Of a DNA stretch of 64,000 nucleotides, positions 19,992 through 31,977 are shown piece after piece; the first letter of the stretch is position 1; the number at the start of each line of letters is the position of its first letter. The DNA lies in NCBI GenBank assembly GCA_000004695.1, contig CM000151.3, positions 384,001 to 448,000 of the forward strand, written 5' to 3'. The notes under the pieces were generated by a model. That model searched no databases. It worked only from the letters and a program-made list of their open reading frames with translations, and had not been told where the DNA came from. Both the position numbers and the translations under genes were made by a program. Source of the DNA: Dictyostelium discoideum (lineage: Eukaryota).

Positions 19992-22636
19992 TAGTAATAA
20001 ATGAGGATGAAGATGGCAATGAATTAGAGAAAAAGGATTTAAAATCAGTTAAAGAGATTGCTCAATCATATGGTCTATCAACAAACAAATTAAATAAATT
20101 AGAAATCATTGAAAAGATTAAATCAGTTAAAAGAAAAAGAGATTATGAAGAAAAAGAAAATGTTAATTCGTTTAATAAAATTATTAAATTAACAATTACA
20201 GATAATATTGAACCTTCTGAAATACTATTTTGGAAATTATTTAGAAACATAGTAATTTATAAAAAGATATTCTCGTTTATGGATAAACGATTCTCAATTA
20301 ATTATGATTCAATGTCATCAATATCAAATCTTATAAACAATAATCAATTCAATATATTAAAAGAAAAAGTTTATAGAAATTGTAGATATTTACATTTAAC
20401 AACTCACGATTTGTATGATAAAATTAATGATATTTCTTGTTTGGTGAAACTATTTTCAAATATTAAAGATGACTATCAATTCTATAGAAACTTTTTTAAT
20501 AGTGATAATGGTCGTTATCTTTTAGCGACAAACATATCAACAGCATTAATTATATCAAAGAATTTAGAGATTTATAAATTATATATAACTGAATTCAATT
20601 ATGAGCCAACAGAAACAGATCTTATTTATTCAATTATAATAGGTTCACAAAAATTCATTAAATATATATTAGAATTAAATTCATCAAAATCATCGAAATC
20701 ACCATTTTATAATATTAATATTCAAAAATTTTATTTAAATGAATCATCATATTTTAATTTTCAAAAAGATAAAATATTTAAAGGATTACTATTTTATTTA
20801 AATAATAATAGTAAACAAGTATTTACAATAGATAATCTTTATGAATTTATTATTTATAGAAACGATAATGGATATGAAATTAATGAAAAATCAACATTAA
20901 AAACATTAATCACAATTTGTAAATTAATTTTAAAATTATATCCATCACCAACTATTGAAACAAAAACAAGCGAATTATTTAAATCGGTTCCAGATATTCA
21001 AGAAATTAATGGTTTTATTATTGAAAAAATGATTGATAAACAAATTTTAAAATCAAAATTAGATAATCCAATTTATTATAATAATAATAATAATAATAAC
21101 ATTGAAATTAAAAAGTTTATAATTAAATTATTAAATTTATATTATAAAACATTTATATATATACCAACAATTTTATATTTATGTTATTATGATTATGATG
21201 ATAATGAAAATTATCATTACTATTTCAAGCAATTTAATACTGACAAGGATGAACTGGAAATTGCATTTAGATTTGGAGATTTTAAAATTTTAGAACCTCG
21301 TGAAACTATTGATTATAAGAATATTTTACCAAGAGAATATAATTTCTGGGAAAAAGAGAATCATATAGTTTTATTCTCACATTGTTTTAATAAAGAGAAA
21401 AAGATTAAATTCATTGATCAATTGATTGAAAGAAATAATCAAAAGCCAGAATTGAATTTCGAAAATATTGTCTTCAATATGATTGTAATGAATGATGATA
21501 TTGAATTATTAAAATACTTTTCAAATAAAATTGGTTCAATTCTACCAGTCTATATTAATATTTCTGATTTTTCAATTTCTCCAACCTTTTTAATAGAATC
21601 AATTGAAATGTTGGACTATTTATTTAACAATCATAGAAAATACTTTATTGATAGAGAACTTATAAATAATTATAGTACATTTTTTAAAAATGTACAATTA
21701 TTACAACACTTTGAATCGTTATTATCAAAATTTAAACTTGACAATCCGTCGATCATTGAAAAGGATCCAATTCCTTTTATAAAAACTATAGATTTTAGTA
21801 GTATTTTATATTATAAAAAATACAAAGACTTTCTTAATTTTGCAAAACACTTTGCTACAAATTCACTATACAATAATGATGAATTAGATCGTATACAATT
21901 ATTAATATTATTAACTGATGCTGAATTATCATCTAAACAAATGGTCAACACAGAAACACTTGGAAATTTATTAATTTTTCCACACCACAAATCAAATCTA
22001 ATAGATCAAAGATCAAATAAACCATATTCAAAAGAATTTTTAAAATTAATTGAATGGTTATTTAATAACTACAATCATTTAATTGAAAAGGGTGGTCATC
22101 TATATCACAATAAAAAACACCATTACCATCTTCTTATTACACTAGATAGATTAGATCTCAACAACAACAACAACTATTGTTATAATAATATTGAAAAAAT
22201 TACTTACCTAATGGATATAGTAAATAATTCAACACCATTTTTATATGAAGCCAATAATTTTAAATTTTTAAATTGGTTTTTAACAATGATTGAAGATTAT
22301 CATTTTTCATCCAATTCAACAAATAATGATGAAAAATTAAAAATTAAAGCTTTAACAAAATCATTTCTTAACTATATTGTAGGCAATTCAAAATTACAAA
22401 TACTTGAATATGTTCATCAAAACTTTGGTTTCATTTTAAAAAAAGATTCAAATGGTGGAATATTACCAATTAAAGAATTAAAAGAATTCTTAATTTTATC
22501 AATTGGTTCATATTCAAATTTTAGTTCAATTAAAATTTCAGAATTTCTTTTTCAATTTATTACAATATCAAAAAGTGAATTTGAAAAGAAATCAAATAGA
22601 ATATCAAAACTAATCTTTGCAAATAAATTTAATTAA
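19904..22636 (+). CDS. Member 5 of the SAP-like tandem family (910 aa)
   Basis: MSNNSNSNNSS + N18, then ELEKKDLKSVKEIAQSYGLSTNKLNKLEIIEKIKS and the family C-terminal blocks. This is the most divergent intact copy. Confidence 0.7.
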
Positions 22637-22654
22637 AAGAAATAATATCTATTG

Positions 22655-22689
<35 letters not shown>

Positions 22690-22699
22690 TTTTTTTCTC

Positions 22700-22826
<127 letters not shown>

Positions 22827-22924
22827 CAATAGATATTATTTCTTTAAAGAAAAAACATAATAAATTTTGTAAGAATTTTCAAAGTAATAATTATTTCTTG
22901 TAACACTTTTATTATTTTAAATTT

Positions 22925-23452
22925 TCAAACATTTGAATGAGGATTATCAATTTCATACCATGCTTCTTCATTATTATCGTCATCTTTAAACATTTCAATA
23001 AATTTCAAACCTGATTTCTCTAATACTTTTCTTGAAGCTATATGATCTTTGTCAGCAAATGCACATATCTTTTCAATTTTTAAAATATTGAAACCATAAT
23101 TTATAAAGAATTGAGTTGCCTCTGTAGCATACCCTTTACCCCAATATCTCTTAATAAATCTATAACCAATATCATAATATGACTGACGACCATTAATATT
23201 ATTTTCAATTTTTAAACCTGCCCAACCAATAAATTCATTGGTTTCTTTTATTATTACTGCCATACGACCTATTCCATTAAGTTTATATTGATTTTGTATA
23301 CCTTTGATTGCAGCTCTACATTGATCGATATTAGTAACTGCACTTTTTAAATATTGATGAACTTCTTGGTCTGAATCTAATTCAAATAGATTTTCATCAT
23401 CATTGCTTTCTAACTCTCTAAAATAAAGACGTTGGCTTTCTAGTTTCGCCAT
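22925..23452 (-). CDS. GNAT-family N-acetyltransferase (RimJ/RimL-like, Acetyltransf_3-type), intronless, 175 aa
   Basis: GYRFIKRYWGKGYATEATQFFINYGF...ICAFADKDHIASRKVLEKSGLKF matches the GNAT acetyl-CoA-binding motif A (R/Q-x-x-G-x-G/A) and motif B. The ORF is compact with no low-complexity tracts. Confidence 0.75.
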   Translation of the reverse strand: MAKLESQRLYFRELESNDDENLFELDSDQEVHQYLKSAVTNIDQCRAAIKGIQNQYKLNGIGRMAVIIKETNEFIGWAGLKIENNINGRQSYYDIGYRFIKRYWGKGYATEATQFFINYGFNILKIEKICAFADKDHIASRKVLEKSGLKFIEMFKDDDNNEEAWYEIDNPHSNV

Positions 23453-24254
23453 TTTATGTTTGATGATTGCGCAATCATTACTGAAAATAAAAAAAAAAAA
23501 AAAAAAAAAAAATAATTAATAAAAAAAAAAAATTAAAAAAAAAAAAATTGATTTGATATTTTTTTTTTTATTTTTTTTTTATTTTTTTAAATATACTCTT
23601 TCTTTTATATCAACCAAAAATTTAATTCAATTTTCTTAAAACTAATTCCATCGATATTAATATTTAATAAAAAAAAAAAAAATTTAAAAAATGAAAATAA
23701 TTCTTTTCGTTTATTTTTTCATTTTGTTCACAATAAATTATAAATTAATAATAATAATTATTATTTTTTTTTTTTTATTTTATTTTTTTTTTTTTTTTTT
23801 TTTTTAGAAACACACATATACTTGGTTAGATATTTTTTTTTTTTTTTAAAAAAAATTACTAGGGGTAATGATATATGAAAAAATAAAAAATGATTAAATA
23901 TTAATTTTGACCAATCAAAACAATAATTGCAATGATAAACTTTTAAATTTTAATTGGTTGGATGAAATCAATTTTTAAAGACGACCAACTCGTCAGTTTT
24001 TTTTTTTTTTTTTTTTTTTTTCATGAAATCTCGAGATATTAATTCTACAGTTCTTTGAATTCGCTAGAAGATATTATTTTTTTTCCTAAATACCTATCAT
24101 TTGCTTTCTTTTTCTTTTTCTTTTCTTTTTTTTATTTATTTTTATTTTTTTTTTTATTTTTATTTTTTATTTTAATTTTTTATTTACTTTAAAATAAAAA
24201 TTTTAAAATTATTTTTATATTTTTTATTCCTGTGTAGAAATTATAATTCTAAAA

Positions 24255-24520
24255 ATGTATTATAAAATTTTACTTATATTTGCATTATTAATTTTTGTTA
24301 ATATTAATTTTGCTTCTTCTGAATTTAAAAAAAATGGTAATAATTATTTGAAACAATTAAAATATTAAATATATAAACGATTTGCTTTACTGATATTATT
24401 TTTATTTTAAATTTTTTTTTTTTTTTTTTCTTAAAATTAGAAACTGAATCTGCGACTTTAAAATCATTATATGCTAGTTATTTAATGCAAAATAACAATA
24501 ATACTAATTATAATAATACC

Positions 24521-24578
<58 letters not shown>

Positions 24579-24738
24579 GTAATAATACTAATATTTATAA
24601 TGATTCAGTAACAAAGAATAAATGTAAAAATAAGAATGAATTGACAGTTGGTATAATTGGTGGTGGTATTGCAGGTCTTTATGCTGGTATGTAATTTATT
24701 AATGATTATTATAAAATAATTTTTTGAAGGTATTAACC

Positions 24739-24770
<32 letters not shown>

Positions 24771-26625
24771 GTATGATTTTCGATGATTTAGGTATTGATT
24801 ATACAATCTTAGAAGCCAATAAGGAAAGAGTTGGTGGAAGAGTTTATACTCATAAATTTGATGATCATAAATATTCATATACTGATCTCGGTGCTATGCG
24901 TATTCCATTAACGCCATTAATGGATAGAATTGTATCAAACCAAAATTATTCATTATTTAGTAAATTGGCAAAAGGTGGATATCAAATTCCAACTGTACCA
25001 TTTTTAATGAGTGTTAATAATGAAATTAGTTATTATAATGGTATTAGAGTTTTAAAAGGTTCCCCAGTTTTAAATCCATCCGATCCATTTAATTATAGTG
25101 ATTCAAATAATGGTGGTCCAGGAAAAGGTATTCCAGACGAGTATGCAAATCGTACAGTTGACTCTTTAATTCTCCCAGTATTTTATCAATTCATTTACAA
25201 TTTAACAGTTGATTTTGATAATGGTTTTAAACAAATGTTAAAATATGATAGCTATTCTGCAAGAGATTATTTAAAAACATTCCATAATTATCCAAATTCA
25301 GTTGTGAGTATTTAAAAAAAAAAATTAAATTTATTAAAATATATAAATATTAAATTATATTATTTTTTTTATTTATTATTAGATTGATTATATTGAAAAT
25401 TTATCAACAAATACTGGAAGATTAGATCAATCATCTATTACTGAATTATTAATGAGTGTTTTTGATTTTAGTGGAGAAAAATTCGTTTGTGTTGAAGGTG
25501 GTACAGGTCTTATTGTTAAATCAATGAGTCAAATTATAAAGAAAAAAGTTGAAATGGGTAGTTTTGTTACTAAAATTTCAAAATCATATGATAAAAAGAA
25601 TAATGAAATCGATGGATTAAATGTTGAAGTAGTAAGAGATTCAAACTTTGGTGGTAGTGATACTGAAATATTGAAATTTAAACATGTAATTAGTACTACA
25701 ACTTTACCAGCATTACAAAGAATTGATACAAGTGATTTGAAATTACCATTGAAATTAAAGGTTGCAATTCGTTCACTTAAATACACTGGTGCTATTAAAC
25801 TTGCAATTAACTTTAAATATCGTTGGTGGGAAGATAGTGAATTTATGAGTGGTAAACCAATTAGAGGTGGTTCTTCAAATACCGATCTTTTACTTCGTCA
25901 AGTTGTTTATCCATCATATGGTATCAATAATGGTACAAAAGGTGTTAGCGGAGTTTTATTAGCAAGTTATAGTGGTGGTTTGGAATCAATCAGAGTAAGT
26001 TGTGAATAACATTATTATGTTTAAAATAATTAATATTAATTTTTCTTAAATTTTATAGATTAGTAGTATGATTGGTAAAAAAGATAAAGAAAGAAAACTT
26101 TTAAATATAGTTTTAAGAGATCTTGCTGAAATCCATAATGTTGATTTAAAGAAATTAAAAAATTTATATAAAGATCATTTCTTCCAAAGTTGGGATAATG
26201 ATGAATTTGTAAGTATTAAATTTTAATAAATATTTATTTTATTTTTGAAAATATTAATAAATTTTAATTTTATTTTAAAAAAAAAAAACAAATATTAGTC
26301 ATCAGGTGCTTTTGCATTATTTTCAATATCTCAATATACTGAACTTTTCCCAAGTACTGGACAATCACATGTTGATGGTAGATTCCATTTATCAGGTGAA
26401 TTAACCTCGGTTCATCATGCATGGATGATTGGTGGACTTAATAGTGCATATAGATCAGTTGATTTAATTTTAAAGAATGAAGGATTTGAAGATTTACGTA
26501 TCAAATTAAGAAATAATTGGGGCACTATTGAGCAAGCTGAATATCCATCATTAGATTGGTATAAATACGACTCTGATATTAATCATTATAATATTCAAGG
26601 AAAATCAATTGAAAAATTATATTAA
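24255..26625 (+). CDS. Secreted flavin-containing amine oxidase / L-amino-acid-oxidase-like protein, copy 1; 6 exons
   Basis: Exons are 24255-24336, 24441-24686, 24771-25303, 25383-25994, 26059-26208 and 26299-26625. Donors are GTAATA, GTATGT, GTGAGT, GTAAGT, GTAAGT and every acceptor is AG, with consistent phases. The signal peptide is MYYKILLIFALLIFVNINFASS. Exon 2 carries a poly-Asn run. The FAD fingerprint TVGIIGGGIAGLYAG spliced onto MIFDDLGIDYTILEANKERVGGRVYT matches the LAAO/MAO GxGxxG...E..x..GGR dinucleotide-binding motif. The C-terminal GRFHLSGELTSVHHAWMIGGLNSAYRSV matches the amine-oxidase C-terminal FAD contact. Confidence 0.7.
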
Positions 26626-26750
26626 ATAAATCAAAAAATTACCTATATATTGCTAGTTTATTTTCATTCTCATTTTAAGTTTATTTTATTTATTTATTTA
26701 TTTTTATTAGAGGAATTCCTCTTTTCTTCTTAGAAATTAATTAAATTTGG

Positions 26751-26789
<39 letters not shown>

Positions 26790-26790
<1 letters not shown>

Positions 26791-27010
26791 TTTAATTGGT
26801 GATTATGTATTTTTTAAAATTTTTTGGAAGTTAAAATTAAATTTAATTTCTTTTAAATTAAAAATATAATTTAAAATTAAATTAAATATTGATTTTAATT
26901 CATCTAATTCTTTAATTATAATTTTATAATGTCTAATTGATGTTAATGGTGAAGAAAATATATTTTCAAATAAATATTGATTAATTGTGTAACAAGATCT
27001 CAAAAACATC
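26790..27010 (-). pseudogene. Fragment homologous to the 3' part of the F-box-like gene at 31978-33927, carried along with LAAO duplicate 1
   Basis: Minus ORF 26803-27009, ...INQYLFENIFSSPLTSIRHYKIIIKELDELKSIFNLILNYIFNL, is nearly identical to residues ~540-600 of the 649-aa minus-strand protein. Confidence 0.6.
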
Positions 27011-27344
27011 TTGTTAATACTAATATTTATTTAATTTCATGAAATGTTCTAAACAGAACATTTAAAAATAACTATTAATATTGAATTAATAATTCAATAT
27101 TAATTATTACTAATTTAATTTATTTTAATAAATTGTTTCATTTTATATAATAAACTCACTAAACACAACTAAATAATAATTCAAAAAAATAAATAATAAT
27201 AATTTAGAATATAGTTTTGTTTCAACATTTTATTATAACACATACAATTCAGAAAATAATAATAATTTATTTTACTGTTTTGTTTAAAGGGGTTTTCTCC
27301 CGTTGTAATAAAATTTAATTAATTTTAAATTAAATTTAATTTTC

Positions 27345-27379
<35 letters not shown>

Positions 27380-27553
27380 TTTCACAAAAAGGTTTTCATA
27401 ATAGATATTAGATACCAGATATTAAAAATGTCACACAAAATCACCATATAAAATAATAATATAAATTTAAAAATAATTTAATTAAAAAGAAAATAATAAT
27501 TAATTAGAATAAAATTAAAATAATATAATTTTGCAGTTTAAATCGGATCTAAC

Positions 27554-27680
27554 CCTATAGGCTGAGGTTGGAGTAGTTAACAGATTTGAGTTCGCTCAAA
27601 TCTGAGGACTATAAAAAGAAACTAGGTTTCTAATTCAACCTCAGTAATAAATATATACAAATAATAAAATCACGATAGGG
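27554..27680. ncRNA. Candidate structured RNA or palindromic element: nested hairpins including a perfect 10-bp stem capped by a UUCG tetraloop
   Basis: A local GC-richer island in an AT desert. cagatttgag-TTCG-ctcaaatctg is at 27581-27604. It is enclosed by ctgaggttg (27562-70) / caacctcag (27636-44) and by ccctat (27554-59) / ataggg (27675-80). A further agaaac-TAG-gtttct mini-hairpin lies at 27617-27631. No match to U1/U2/U4/U5/U6 consensus sequences that I can recall. Confidence 0.3.
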
Positions 27681-27929
27681 CTACGGTCATCACTTAAATA
27701 TATGTGTACATTTATTTCTTAAAATAATTATTTTATTAAATAATTTATTTTAAAAGGATGTCAACTAATAATAATAATAACAACAATAATAATAATGAAG
27801 ATATTGATAATGATGAATCTCAACAACAGGATAATGAGGAACAACAACTTCAACAACCACAGGTATCAACATTCAATGAACAGCAATGTCAAATAAGGGA
27901 ACAGCAGGAAAAACTAACACTGATGACAC

Positions 27930-28390
27930 TGACCACCAGTTGTTACAAATTGAAATTCGTTCGTAATGTAATTCATCATTATTATTTGAAGAGGTACTAT
28001 ATTCAATGGATATATTCATTGGTAGTGGTGGTGGTCGATGTTGTTTATTATATGAATAAAAAATAAAATCGCTATAAGTTAAATGTAAATACTTAATTGA
28101 TTTATTATTTAATAAATTTGAAAATGAATTAATATTAAATAAACCATGGCAGTCTAATTTTGTTATTTCAATTGATGTATTTAATTATGAAAATAATGGT
28201 TTAAAATAATTTGAAAACATTTCTTTACTTTGATTTATGGTCTTAATTTAATTTTTATTTTTTTTCATCATCACAGTAATCATCCGAACCATATGCACTA
28301 TCACTATGTTGTCTATAATAATGATTGTTAATCAAATCTTCTATTCTAATGTTATATTTAAAATTTTTAAAGATTTACTTGAAATTAATG
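27930..28390 (-). pseudogene. Second decayed fragment of the F-box-like gene (homologous to 32310-32770)
   Basis: High nucleotide similarity between 27930-28070 and 32310-32440, and between 28080-28390 and 32440-32770, with indels and stops. Confidence 0.6.
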
Positions 28391-28407
28391 AATTCATCAT
28401 TTCTTTT

Positions 28408-28438
<31 letters not shown>

Positions 28439-28710
28439 TTTTTTTTTTTTTAAATAAACTTTTTTTATATCAAATTTAATAATTTAATTCAAATTTTCTT
28501 AAAACTAATACCAATTTTAATATTTATAAAAAAAAAAAAAAAAAAAACTAAAAAAAAAGAAAATTCTTTTCATTTATTAAAAATTTTTTATTTTGTTCAC
28601 AAGAAATTAATAATTATTTATATTATTTTATTTTTTTATTTTTTTATTTTTTTTTTTTAGAAACACACATATGCTTGATTAGATTTTTTTTTAAAATTAC
28701 TAGGGGTAAT

Positions 28711-29118
28711 TGTTGAACATTAACACAATAATTTAAATAAATGATTTATTAGTTTAAAATACTCATGTTTTATCAGAATCTTGTAATAGAAAAATAAAAT
28801 TAAATTAAATAAATAAATATATAAATAAAAATAAAGTAATAAGTTGATGTTATCGACAATATCTATAATTTATTATGAATGTTTTTTTATAGTTGAAAAT
28901 TTTTACTTTTTATATTTGAGATTTAAAAATATTTTTATGAGTTTTTCAATCCACATTAAAAACTCACCACGTCGCTTTTTCCCACCTAGGTGAGAAAAGT
29001 CTAATTATATAAACATAAATTATTTTAGTTTGCGAGCGAGATTGTATTCTAATTTAATATCTTGATAAAACATAATTTTATTGTAACAATTTAATTATTA
29101 CATAATTATATTACAACA
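28711..29118. mobile_element. Solo LTR (408 bp) inserted in the promoter region of LAAO copy 2, with a 6-bp target-site duplication GGTAAT
   Basis: Copy 1 reads actaggGGTAATgatat at the homologous point. Copy 2 reads actaggGGTAAT[TGTTGAAC...ATTACAACA]GGTAATgatatg. The insertion starts TG and ends CA, with inverted termini TGTTG/CAACA. Its size is compatible with Dictyostelium Skipper-type LTRs, but family assignment is not verifiable here. Confidence 0.55.
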
Positions 29119-29394
29119 GGTAATGATATGAAAAAATGACCACTCGAAACGATAAATTAAATGGTTGGATGAAATCAATTTTAAAAGACGACCAACTTGT
29201 CAGTTTTTTTTTTTTTAATATTATGAAATCTCCAGATATTATTTCTACAGTTCTTTGAATTAATTAGAAGATTTTTTTTTTTCTATCATTTGATTCTTTT
29301 TCTTTTCTTTTTTTTATTTATTATTATTTTACTTTAAAAATTTTAAAATTATTTTTATATTTTTTATTCCTGTATAGGAATTATTATTCTAAAA

Positions 29395-31679
29395 ATGTAT
29401 AAAAAAATTTTACTTATATTTGCATTATTTATTTTAGTTAATATTAATTTTGCTTCTTCTGAATTTAAAAAAAATGGTATTAAATATTTGAAACAATAAA
29501 AATATTATATATAAAACGATTCAATTTACTGATATTATTTTTATTTTAAATTTTTTTTTTTTTAAAAATTAGAAACTGAATCTGCAAATTTAAAATCGTT
29601 ATATGCTAGTTATTTAATGAAAAATAACAATAATACTAAATATAATAATAATGATAATAGTAATAATACTAATATTTATAATGATTCAGTAACAAAGAAT
29701 AAAAGTAAAAATAAGAATGAATTGACAGTTGGTATCATTGGTGGTGGTATTGCAGGTCTATATGCTGGTATGTTATTTATTAAAAGTATGATTATTATAA
29801 AATTATTTTTTGAAGGTGTTGACTTTTTTTTTTTTTTTTTTTTTTAAATCAAGGTATGATTTTCGATGATTTAGGTATTGATTATACAATCTTAGAAGCC
29901 AATAAGGAAAGAGTTGGTGGAAGAGTTTATACTCATAAATTTGATGATCATAAATATTCATATACTGATCTCGGTGCTATGCGTATTCCATTAACGCCAT
30001 TAATGGATAGAATTGTATCAAACCAAAATTATTCATTATTTAGTAAATTGGCAAAAGGTGGATATCAAATTCCAACTGTACCATTTTTAATTAGTGTTAA
30101 TAATGAAATTAGTTATTATAATGGTATTAGAGTTTTAAAAGGTTCCCCAGTTTTAAATCCATCCGATCCATTTAATTATAGTGATTCAAATAATGGTGGT
30201 CCAGGAAAAGGTATTCCAGACGAGTATGCAAATCGTACAGTTGATTCTTTAATTCTCCCAGTATTTTATCAATTCATTAACAATTTAACAGTTGATTTTT
30301 ATAATGGTTTTAAACAAATGTTAAAATATGATAGCTATTCTGCAAGAGATTATTTAAAAACATTCCATAATTATCCAAATTCAGTTGTGAGTATTTAAAA
30401 AAAATTTAATTTAAAAAAATATATTTATATTAATATTTTTTATTATTAGATTGAATATATTGAAAATTTATCAACAATTAGTGGAAGATTAGATCAAACA
30501 TCTATCACTGAATTATTAATGAGTGTTTTTGATTTTAGTGGAGAAAAATTCGTTTGTGTTGAAGGTGGTACAGGTCTTATTGTTAAATCAATGAGTCAAA
30601 TTATAAAGAAAAAAGTTGAAATGGGTAGTTTTGTTACTAAAATTTCAAAATCATTTGATAAAAAGAATAATGAAATCGATGGATTAAATGTTGAAGTAGT
30701 AAGAGATTCAAACTTTGGTGGTAGTGATACTGAAATATTGAAATTTAAACATGTAATTAGTACTACAACTTTACCAGCATTACAAAGAATTGATACAAGT
30801 GATTTGAAATTACCATTGAAATTAAAGGTTGCAATTCGTTCACTCAAATACACTGGTGCTATTAAACTTGCAATTAACTTTAAATATCGTTGGTGGGAAG
30901 ATAGTGAATTTATGAGTGGTAAACCAATTAGAGGTGGTTCTTCAAATACCGATCTTTTACTTCGTCAAGTTGTTTATCCATCATATGGTATCAATAATGG
31001 TACAAAAGGTGTCAGCGGAGTTTTATTAGCAAGTTATAGTGGTGGTTTGGAATCAATCAGAGTAAGTTGTAAATAACATTGATTAAGTTTAAAATAATTT
31101 AATATTAATCAAATTAATTTTTCTTAAATTTTATAGATTAGTAGTATGATTGGTAAAAAAGATAAAGAAAGAAAACTTTTAAATATAGTTTTAAGAGATC
31201 TTGCTGAAATCCATAATGTTGATTTAAAGAAATTAAAAAATTTATATAAAGATCATTTCTTCCAAAGTTGGGATAATGATGAATTTGTAAGTATTAAATT
31301 TTAATAAATATTTATTTTATTTTTGAAAATATTAATAAATTTTATTTTTATTTTAAAAAAAAAAAACAAATATTAGTCATCAGGTGCTTTTGCATTATTT
31401 TCAACATCTCAATATACTGAACTTTTCCCAAGTACTGGACAATCACATGTTGATGGTAGATTCCATTTATCAGGTGAATTAACCTCGGTTCATCATGCAT
31501 GGATGATTGGTGGACTTAATAGTGCATATAGATCAGTTGATTTAATTTTAAAGAATGAAGGATTTGAAGATTTACGTATCAAATTAAGAAATAATTGGGG
31601 TACTATTGAACAAGCTGAATATCCATCATTAGATTGGTATAAATACGACTCTGATATTAATCATTATAAATTATATTAA
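29395..31679 (+). CDS. Secreted flavin amine oxidase / LAAO-like protein, copy 2 (tandem duplicate); 6 exons
   Basis: Exons are 29395-29476, 29573-29767, 29854-30386, 30450-31061, 31137-31286 and 31377-31679. Intron positions are identical to copy 1 and coding identity is near-complete. Differences: a shorter poly-Asn tract in exon 2, a 24-nt in-frame deletion at the C-terminus (...INHYKLY* versus ...INHYNIQGKSIEKLY*), and a few substitutions such as M>I and Y>F. Confidence 0.7.
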
Positions 31680-31977
31680 ATAAATCAAAAAATTACCTAT
31701 ATATTGCTCGTATATTTTAAGTTTATTTTATTTATTTATTTATTAAAGGAATTTTATTTTTCTTTTCTTCATAGCAATTAAATAAATTTATTAAAACTAC
31801 AAAAGTTATATAGAAAATAAAAAAATAAAAGTAAAAAAAAAGAGGCGACAAACCCAGCGCCGCATAAAATTACTTTTCACCACTTTAATGCTGAAATTTT
31901 TACATCCATGTGTTTTTTTTTTTTTTTTATTATCGAAGAAATTTATTTATAGTAATAAAATAAATTCGGATTATTAT

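Noticed and set aside
27554-27680. Assignment of the hairpin element to a known spliceosomal snRNA (U1/U2/U4/U5/U6)
   Set aside because: None of the highly conserved snRNA core sequences are present, for example the U6 ACAGAGA box or the U2 branch-site GUAGUA. It is kept only as a generic structured-RNA or MITE candidate.
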